Shown here: positions 40,402 to 47,310 of the stretch, piece by piece
Numbering within the stretch: the first letter of the stretch is position 1
Layout of the letters: each line of letters begins with the position of its first letter
Assembly (NCBI GenBank): GCA_963782055.1
Contig: CAWAIF010000003.1
Location: forward strand, 6,823,948 to 6,887,947
From: an uncultured delta proteobacterium
Lineage (GTDB): Bacteria; Myxococcota_A; Polyangia; Polyangiales; Polyangiaceae
Direction of reading: 5' to 3'
Length of the DNA: 64,000 nucleotides
The notes under the pieces: model-generated
Told to the model about the DNA's origin: nothing
The model's input: only the letters and a program-made list of their open reading frames with translations
The model's database searches: none
Position numbers and translations under genes: made by a program

Positions 40402-41733
40402 TCAGTGGCACGCGCCGTCCACGCAGGTCTGCCCAGACCCACAGCATGCCCCATCGACGACACACGACGCCGGGCAGCAATCCTGAGCGCCACCTGGTAG
40501 CGTCATGCACGGTCCGCCGCAGCAGTGTCCCCCGCAAAGCCGTGCGCCGCCGTTGCCGCCGGAGATCGTGATGTTGCAGCACGTCTGGTCGGTGGTCGCG
40601 CAGACGGAACCAGGGAAGCAGCACTCGCCGCCGCACTGTGTCGCGGCGGCTGGACAGGTGCAGGTCCCGTCCGGGTTGCAGACATTTCCGCCCGTGCAGC
40701 ACGTCGTCGTCCCGTTCGCCGGGTTGGGACACACGTCCGCCGGGCCGCAGCACGTGTCGGTCTTCGCGTCGCAGGGCTGACCCTCCGGGCAGCACACCGT
40801 TCCGCCATTGCACGCCCGGTCGTTGGGGCAGCAGGTGCTGTCCGCCTCCGAGGTGCACGTTTCGGTGCCGCTATCGCAGCAGTTCTGGTTGCAGCTCGTC
40901 GTACCGCCCGGACAGCAAAGATGCTGCGCTTCGCTCGAGCATGTCGAGCCGTAGTCGCAACAGAAGTGGCCTTGACCCTCGACGCCGCACGGAACGGGGC
41001 AGCAGCCGAACTGGTTCCCGAGCTCGTTGCACTGGTCGTTGCAAACGTTGTCGGCGAGCACCGCGGCGACGATGACGACCGCGAGGCAGACAGCGAGCGG
41101 AATGCCGAAGAACTGTCCGTCCCAGACGGCCGCGCAGGTGACCAATCCCAAGAATACCGCCAAGGAGGCGCCCACCGTGCACTGCAGGTGGCAATTCCGG
41201 CAATTCTCCCCATCCTGCGGGTACTCCGGCTGCGCGGGAACCGACGACACTGACGAACCGTCAGCCGCCACGCACGTGCCCGACGACAGCACCTCCTGCA
41301 AGTGCTTGTAGGTGTCCAGGATGTGCTGCGACGCAGGTGCCACCCCCGCGTCGAAGGGCGTCCCGTCGGCGAAGTGCACCGTGCTCGCGTCGGCGTCCTT
41401 CGGAAAGGGCGCGAGCGGCTTGCCGTCGACGTCGCCGGTGACGACGGTGTCGCCGCGGAGCAGGTGGATGACGTGCTGCTCCTGCCCGCTGTACGCCGGG
41501 CCCTGCTTCACCGTCTCGCTCCAGCCCTGCGGGGTGGAGACGGCGGTCGCGTCGAACGCCAGCGACCCGTCGACGACGAGCCGCATCTCGGTCGACGTGG
41601 GCGACATGTCCATGTCGAGCTCGTTCGCGCCGTCGGTGACGGTGCGATGCCAGCCGCCATCGCTGGCCGTCGCGGTACACAGCGGCACCGAGGAGGACGG
41701 CGAATCGCTCGAGCAGCTGAGGACGCCGAGCAC
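40402..41733 (-). CDS. Membrane-anchored protein with an extremely Cys-rich C-terminal domain (CC/CCP/CCG clusters, ~60 Cys in 200 aa). The functional start is probably the ATG at 41806 beyond a pentanucleotide SSR.
   Basis: Upstream of the GTG at 41733 the main frame encodes ..PRARSVLAASGALLVLGVLSC (signal/lipobox-like) with no start codon. Two internal hydrophobic helices, then a C-rich tail. Confidence 0.62.
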   Translation of the reverse strand: MLGVLSCSSDSPSSSVPLCTATASDGGWHRTVTDGANELDMDMSPTSTEMRLVVDGSLAFDATAVSTPQGWSETVKQGPAYSGQEQHVIHLLRGDTVVTGDVDGKPLAPFPKDADASTVHFADGTPFDAGVAPASQHILDTYKHLQEVLSSGTCVAADGSSVSSVPAQPEYPQDGENCRNCHLQCTVGASLAVFLGLVTCAAVWDGQFFGIPLAVCLAVVIVAAVLADNVCNDQCNELGNQFGCCPVPCGVEGQGHFCCDYGSTCSSEAQHLCCPGGTTSCNQNCCDSGTETCTSEADSTCCPNDRACNGGTVCCPEGQPCDAKTDTCCGPADVCPNPANGTTTCCTGGNVCNPDGTCTCPAAATQCGGECCFPGSVCATTDQTCCNITISGGNGGARLCGGHCCGGPCMTLPGGAQDCCPASCVVDGACCGSGQTCVDGACH

Positions 41734-41770
41734 GAGGAGCGCTCCGGATGCAGCTAGGACACTACGGGCA

Positions 41771-41800
41771 CGAGGCGAGGCGAGGCGAGGCGAGGCGAGG
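41771..41800 (-). repeat. Pentanucleotide microsatellite (CGAGG)6 on the plus strand, (CCTCG)6 on the coding strand. It lies directly after ATGTCG (ATG 41806..41804), and the ATG is out of frame with the downstream signal peptide. A G9/C9 homopolymer lies 25-33 nt upstream, at 41830-41838.
   Basis: Seen directly. Copy number is confirmed by two independent track translations (MSPRLASPRLASCP, DVASPRLASPRLVPVVS). A main-frame TGA overlaps the ATG. Confidence 0.9.
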
Positions 41801-42271
41801 CGACATCACGTTTCCCCTTTCGTGACACGCCCCCCCCCGGTGGCGACGCGTGAACGCCATCCTCGGCCTGTCCACCTCCGAAGACAAGGCACGAAGGCAA
41901 GCCATCAAAGAATGAGTAGGAGGTCGTCGCACACGCGCGCGCTCCTGCCGAACTGGTGTCCGCGCCGTCCGCGCCACCACGCCCCGGCCTCGCGGCGCGG
42001 GATGGACCGCAGCTCATTCCATTGTAATGATCGACGGATGGCCCTCGGTCGACACCTGCAGCTCGCCGCGACTGCCGCGTTCCTCGTGGGGTGTGGCGGG
42101 ATCGTCGCCGCGCCTCCCGATGCCGGTGCAGGCGCCGCCGCGCGAGGCTCGGGGTTCGCCCTCGGGGTGACGCGCTGACGACGGCGCGCCCGGTTCTGGC
42201 CATCCCCGGATCAGCGCGCGCGAACGACGATCGGGCGGGCACCCGCCGGCAATCTCCGGCGACGAGAGTGC

Positions 42272-42649
42272 TCACCCCGTGCGCCGGCCGGCGCGGGGTC
42301 GGGCGCCCTCGGCCATGCGCGCGCGGAGCAGCTTCTTCACCAGCGAGGTGGGCAGCGGCCGGTCCGGACCGAAGTGCAGCGCGCTCTTCGTCTTGTCGTA
42401 GACGGCGAGGTCGGCCGCGAGCGTGCGCAAGGTCGTCCCGCTGAAGGGGTAGTACGAGCAGCCCCTGGAGGTGGCGGAGAAGCCCGCGATGACCTTCCCC
42501 TCGTGGCGGAAGGCGGGCAGGCGGTAGCTGATGCACTCCTCCGCGTCGGGGACGAGGGCGCGGATGGTCTTGCGCAGCTCCTCGAGCAGCGCGCGGCTCT
42601 TCGGGGGCACGCCGGCGAGGTACGCGTCGATGCCGGGGTCACGTTTCAT
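42272..42649 (-). CDS. DUF1801 (YdhG-like) domain protein, near-identical second copy
   Basis: Translation identical or nearly identical to 38032..38409. Confidence 0.68.
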   Translation of the reverse strand: MKRDPGIDAYLAGVPPKSRALLEELRKTIRALVPDAEECISYRLPAFRHEGKVIAGFSATSRGCSYYPFSGTTLRTLAADLAVYDKTKSALHFGPDRPLPTSLVKKLLRARMAEGARPRAGRRTG

Positions 42650-42786
42650 CTGAGCGTCTCCTCCTCGAGGCGCCGGCGCTCGGGGCCCATCACGGCGCGC
42701 TGACGGGCTCGGCCGAAGCAGCTGTCAGCCGCACCGGATCGTACGCGATGACCACCTGCCTGGCGTTCCACGTTTTCCACGTTTCA

Positions 42787-42851
42787 ATTTCCCGAACGGG
42801 AAATTTCCGTTTGCCAGGACTCATCGGGGAGCTACGTTTCCCGAACGGGAA
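42787..42851. promoter_or_regulatory. Two palindromic operator-like sites: ATTTCCCGAACGGGAAAT at 42787-42804 and TTTCCCGAACGGGAAA at 42836-42851. The proximal site ends 5 nt before the hipB-like ATG at 42856.
   Basis: Seen directly. Perfect inverted repeats TTTCCCG-AA-CGGGAAA. The arrangement parallels the 3701..3756 sites. Confidence 0.5.
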
Positions 42852-42855
42852 AATC

Positions 42856-43113
42856 ATGGCGGAACGGACCAAGAGCGAACCAGACTTCCCGAGCGGGATC
42901 ATTCGAACGCCGAAGGACATCGGCGCGTGGGTGCGCCGCGCGCGGAGGGCGAGCGGGAAGACGCTCGCGGAGGCCGCCGCGCTCACCGGCGTCGGGGTGC
43001 GCTTCCTCCACGAGCTGGAGCACGGCAAGGAGACCGCGTCCCTCGGCAAGGCGCTCCTGGTGCTCCACCGCATGGGACTCGTGCTCGCGATCCGCGAACG
43101 GCGCGCGCGATGA
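42856..43113 (+). CDS. hipB: HipB-like XRE-family HTH antitoxin candidate
   Basis: 85 aa, ..IGAWVRRARRASGKTLAEAAALTGVGVRFLHELEHGK.. Its stop overlaps the hipA ATG (ATGA). Confidence 0.7.
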   Translation: MAERTKSEPDFPSGIIRTPKDIGAWVRRARRASGKTLAEAAALTGVGVRFLHELEHGKETASLGKALLVLHRMGLVLAIRERRAR

Positions 43114-44346
43114 CGCGCAGGCTGGTCGTCGTCCACGGGCTGCGACGCGTCGGTCACCTCGAACCGAGCGACGACCGCATGACGTTCGCGTACGACCCGG
43201 CATGGGTCGCCTCTCCGGACGCCTTCGCGATCTCCGCTCAGCCTGCCGCTGGACGGGAACTTCGATGCGACGCGCGCCACGCGGTTCTTCGCGAACCTCC
43301 TGCCCGAGGCGAACGTACGGACGCTCATCTGCCGCCGTCTCGGGCTCTCCGGGTCGAACGACTTCGGCCTCCTCGCCGCCATTGGTGGGGAATGCGCGGG
43401 AGCGCTCTCCATCCTTCCGGAGGGCGTCGACCCGGCGGAGCACGCGAACGAGTACGAGGAGCTGGACCGGGCGAGGCTCGAACAGCTGGCCACGAGCTAC
43501 GAGGCGCTGCCCATCGTCGACGGGTCCGGCCGCGCCCGGCTCTCCCTCGCCGGCGCGCAGGACAAGCTGCCCGTGAGGATGGACGGCGATCGCATTCTCT
43601 TGCCGATCGGCAACTCGCCGAGCTCGCACATCCTCAAGCTCCCCAACCGCAACTACAAGCATCTGCCGGCGAACGAGGCGCTCGTCATGGAGCTGGCGCG
43701 GCAGGTGAAGCTTCCAGTCGTGGCGACGACGTGGCGTGCCCTCGGAGAGGAGGGGATGTGCATCGTGGAGCGCTACGACCGCGTGGTCCGGGGCGGCGAG
43801 CTCCGTCGCGTGCACCAGGAGGACTTCTGCCAGGCCATGGGCCTCTCCTTCAGCACGAAGTACGAGGAGGAGGGCGGCCCGTCCTTCGCGAGCTGCGTCG
43901 AGCTGGTACGCGAGCACTCGGTCGTGCCGCTCGCCGACGTCGACGCGCTCCTCGGCTGGCTCGCCTTCGACGCGATCGCCGCCAACGCGGACGGTCACGG
44001 CAAGAACCTGTCGCTGCTCCTCGGAGGAGGGCCGAGGCTCGCTCCCTTCTACGATCTGGTCTGTACGCGAGCCTACGAAGGTCTCGACCGGCGCCTGGCG
44101 ATGAGCATCGGCGACGAGCGCGACCCGGATCGGCTGCGGCCCGAGCACCTCGACGATTGCGCCGCCGCGCTCGACGTGAAGCCGTGGCTCCTCCGCGCGA
44201 CGTTCGAGCGGATGGCGGACTCGATCCTCCAGCGGCTCGACGCCACGGTCGAGGCCGCCGGGGTGGGTGAGTCGCCCGCCGTACGACGCACCGTGCCGCT
44301 CGTGCGGAAGCAGGCGAAGCGCTGGCTTCGAGAGCTGGGCGGGTGA
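43110..44346 (+). pseudogene. hipA: HipA-family Ser/Thr kinase toxin gene with a +1 frameshift at ~43233-43237. The N-terminus is in one frame and the rest of the protein (from ISLSLPL) is in the next.
   Basis: Frame A reads MTRRLVVVHGLRRVGHLEPSDDRMTFAYDPAWVASPDAFAIS. Frame B reads LSLPLDGNFDATRATRFFANLLPE...IGGECAGALSI...DGHGKNLSLLLGG..FYDLV to 44346. One extra nucleotide in atcTCCGctc. Confidence 0.7.
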
Positions 44347-44348
44347 CG

Positions 44349-45071
44349 TCAGAACGCGCGCATGAAGGTCAGCTCGGGCATGTACGCGATGGCGCCTCCC
44401 GAGCCGAACGCGGCGGCGATCTTGAGCGGCGCCACCATGAAGCCGTAGCGATCGTTGCCGAATCGAAGACCCAGGCCGGTCGTGACGTAGAAGGGCCCGG
44501 CGACCTTCCACGCCTGCACGGGTTGCTGTCCGTAGACATCGTCCTTCACCACGAGCGTCATGTCGACCGGGGCGCCGAAGTCGGCCATCCCGAAGCCGAA
44601 GAGCACGTAGGGGCGGAAGCCGAAGGCGGTCTGCGTGAGCGGATGCGAGCCGAGCACCCAGGTCGCACGCGCCTCCCACATGATGTTGGTGATTGGGAAG
44701 TTGGTGACGTGGACGCTCCCCCAGTCGAAGTAGAGGCCCCAGCGGAGGCCGAGCAAGACGCCGTCGGTTGGCGCGAGGTCGAGCTCGCCCATGAAAATGC
44801 CGGCGGGCCCGCCGAAGCCCGGGCTCACCTTGGCCGCGCCCGACACCACCGAGCTCTGCGCGTTCGGGAAGACCGGGCCGTTCGCTTCCGCGCAAATCCA
44901 CTCGGTGCTCGCGCAGACGTTCGCACCCGACGGGTGGAAGACGGTGGTGAACCCGAGGGAGACGCCGAACCAGACGCGGCGGGGCTTCGTCCGCTTGCTG
45001 CCGGCGGCGAGTCCGGCCCGCGGGAGCGCCAGCAGCGCGAGCGAGACGGCGAGCGCCGCGATCGTGCGCAT
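44349..45071 (-). CDS. Small outer-membrane beta-barrel protein, paralog of 38439..39170
   Basis: MRTIAALAVSLALLALPRAGLA signal. ~70% aa identity to the paralog. C-terminal ..YMPELTFMRAF. Confidence 0.6.
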   Translation of the reverse strand: MRTIAALAVSLALLALPRAGLAAGSKRTKPRRVWFGVSLGFTTVFHPSGANVCASTEWICAEANGPVFPNAQSSVVSGAAKVSPGFGGPAGIFMGELDLAPTDGVLLGLRWGLYFDWGSVHVTNFPITNIMWEARATWVLGSHPLTQTAFGFRPYVLFGFGMADFGAPVDMTLVVKDDVYGQQPVQAWKVAGPFYVTTGLGLRFGNDRYGFMVAPLKIAAAFGSGGAIAYMPELTFMRAF

Positions 45072-45150
45072 CACGGCAACCCCACGACGCGGGTCGGGAC
45101 GTGCCGGTCGCTCGTCGTCCCGTCGCCGAGCTGGCCGTAGTCGTTCCATC
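45071..45150 (-). pseudogene. Remnant of the RCC1 lipoprotein gene (last ~26 codons only, WNDYGQLGDGTTSDRHVPTRVVGLP)
   Basis: Matches the C-terminus of 39167..40390. Upstream sequence is unrelated, so this is a deletion after duplication. Confidence 0.55.
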
Positions 45151-45344
45151 CCTGCGCCCCCGTCCTCCTGCCGCCGCACCCCAGGAGGATGACGCCGACC
45201 AGCGAGCCCACGAGGACCACCCCCCGAGAGGGATCGCCCCAGCGACTGAAGACTACCACGTCCGATCACGGCACCGACCACGCGCGACTCAGCCCCGCCC
45301 GGGCGAGCGCCCCAGAGCCGCCACAACCGCGCTATCCTCCACCC

Positions 45345-45971
45345 GTGCGCGCCGAGCCGCCGAACCAGTGGGTCGCCATCGACCAGAGCGGCCGGATCGC
45401 CCTCTTCTGCGGCTCCCCGGACGCGGCGGTCCCGCGCGCGGCGCGCCCCGTGGACCTGAACGTCGCGGGCATCCTGCTCCCCGACCCGGACGAAGCCCGC
45501 TCCTACCGCGCGCCGGCGTCCGGCCCGAGCACCTTCGACGACGTGGGCGCCGAGCACGCTCTTTCCCTCGACACGCTGGAGCGCCTCGGCGCGGCGGGCA
45601 TCTTCGTCTACGAGGCGCGCGGTGAGGGCGCCGCGTACCCGTACCGTCGCGTCCTCCGCCCCTTCCGCGCGGCGCACGTCGACGCCGCTTCAACGCGGAT
45701 GCGGGCGCTCGCCACGGCGGTGGTGCTGCCGCGCTCCTTCGACGACGCACCGGAGATCCAGCCGCTCGAGCTCGTCCCGTGCGACGCGCGGGCGCGCGAG
45801 TACGTGGCAGAGGGAGACACGCGCAGGCTCCCCATCCTCCACGGGCGCCCGCCGCCACCCGAGCGCGGCCCGCTCGGCTTCCGGTGGCCGCCGGGGACGA
45901 GCTCCTTCTTGCTCGCGGCGATCATCATCGCGGCCGTTCTCGTCTTCGTCGTGCAGTTCAATCCGCACTGA
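45345..45971 (+). CDS. Hypothetical protein with a C-terminal transmembrane helix
   Basis: Strong third-position GC bias. C-terminal ..SSFLLAAIIIAAVLVFVVQFNPH. No recognisable family. Start at GTG VRAEPPNQW is uncertain. Confidence 0.4.
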   Translation: MRAEPPNQWVAIDQSGRIALFCGSPDAAVPRAARPVDLNVAGILLPDPDEARSYRAPASGPSTFDDVGAEHALSLDTLERLGAAGIFVYEARGEGAAYPYRRVLRPFRAAHVDAASTRMRALATAVVLPRSFDDAPEIQPLELVPCDARAREYVAEGDTRRLPILHGRPPPPERGPLGFRWPPGTSSFLLAAIIIAAVLVFVVQFNPH

Positions 45972-45978
45972 CGCGCCC

Positions 45979-46788
45979 ATGGTCGCGGGAGAGGCCCCCC
46001 CTACCCTCTCGCCTGTGACCTCACCAGGCACACCGCTCGTCGACTTCGGCCGCGCCGCGCGCGACTACGCGCGCCACCGCCCCGGCTTCCCGCCGGCCTT
46101 CTTCGACCACGTCGCCCACCTCGGCATCGGCGCGCCCGGCCAGCGCATCCTGGATCTCGGCACGGGCACCGGCACCCTCGCGCGCGGCTTCGCGGAGCGC
46201 GGCTGCGACGCGGTCGGCCTGGATCCCTCGGAGGAGCTGCTCGCCCAGGCCGCGACCCTCGCCGCGGAGCAACACCTGTCCGTCCGCTGGGTGCGCGGGT
46301 GGGCGGAGTCGACCGGCCTGCCTGACGCCGACTTCGACGTCGTCTGCGCGGGCCAGTGCTGGCACTGGTTCCACGGCCTGCGCGCCGCCACGGAGGCGCG
46401 CCGGCTCCTGCGCGCGGGCGGCCGCGTCCTCATCGCCTACTTCAGCTACCTCCCGCTGCCCGGCACCCTCGCGGAGGCCACCGAGCAGATCATCCTCCGC
46501 CACAACCCGGGCTGGGACTGGGCCGGCCACGACGGCCGCCACCCCCGCTTCGCCGACAACCTCGTCCGCGCCGGCCTCGCGGCGCCCGCCACCTTCGACT
46601 TCGTGCTCCCCATCGCCTTCACCCACGAGGACTGGCGCGGCCGCTTCCGCGCCCACGCCGCCGTCCTGACCCTGCCGCCCGAGAAGGTCGCCGCCTTCGA
46701 CGCCGACCTCGCCCGCCTCCTCGCCGACCGCTTCCCCGAGCCGCTGATGGTCGACCACCGCCTCTTCGGCATCGTCGCCCGGAAGTAG
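45979..46788 (+). CDS. Class I SAM-dependent methyltransferase
   Basis: Motif I ILDLGTGTGTLARGFAERG. Post-I acidic DPSEELL. 269 aa. Confidence 0.75.
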   Translation: MVAGEAPPTLSPVTSPGTPLVDFGRAARDYARHRPGFPPAFFDHVAHLGIGAPGQRILDLGTGTGTLARGFAERGCDAVGLDPSEELLAQAATLAAEQHLSVRWVRGWAESTGLPDADFDVVCAGQCWHWFHGLRAATEARRLLRAGGRVLIAYFSYLPLPGTLAEATEQIILRHNPGWDWAGHDGRHPRFADNLVRAGLAAPATFDFVLPIAFTHEDWRGRFRAHAAVLTLPPEKVAAFDADLARLLADRFPEPLMVDHRLFGIVARK

Positions 46789-46959
46789 AGCGCCCGCCCA
46801 CCGTCCACCTCCACGACCAGCCGCTCACTCAGCGCCACGAAGTCCACGACATAGCTCCCGCCCAGCACGTGCTGCCGCCGAAACTTCACCCCGCACACCC
46901 CGCAGCGCCCGCCAGAGCATCTCCTCCGACCGCGTCGCGTCAGCCCCCCGCATCCGTCG

Positions 46960-47300
46960 AGCATGGTGATGGAGGAAGAAGAGCGAGGGAGCTTCGTGCG
47001 AGGCCATGCCCCCCATGCCGGAAGAAGCGTGACGGCCGCAGTGAGGACTTCACCTCGGACAGCCGGAGGGCCGGCGCGATTCTTCCGGCCCCGGCGTGGC
47101 CTCGCACGAAGCTCCCTCGCGCCACGCCCGCCCCCGTCTCTCGAGATGAGTGGGAGGGGGGCCCAGTCCACCCCGCCGAGGCCGGCCCAGTGCACGACAC
47201 CATCCTCCCCGCCCGAGCGAGCGCGAGCGAGCGATGGGCGAGGGGAGGAGGCTCGCGCGCAGGGCTCGCCAGAGCCCGAGCACGAGCCAGGCGGGGCCTC
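46960..47300. repeat. Dispersed GC-rich palindromic element, copy C. It contains a long hairpin (22-bp perfect arms GAGGGAGCTTCGTGCGAGGCCA / TGGCCTCGCACGAAGCTCCCTC ~90 bp apart, with nested inverted repeats) and a reverse-complement copy of the 24141/36395 consensus at 47200..47290.
   Basis: Seen directly. Intergenic between the methyltransferase gene and bamA. The same motif set recurs at two other intergenic sites. Confidence 0.6.
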
Positions 47301-47310
47301 CCTCCTCCTC

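Larger units (their letters stand above)
42133..45150. repeat. Segmental duplication copy 2, containing a DUF1801 copy, an inserted hipB/hipA module, an OMP paralog and an RCC1 C-terminal remnant
   Basis: Alignment to 37893..39245. The extra ~1.7 kb (42650..44346) is absent from copy 1. Confidence 0.75.
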
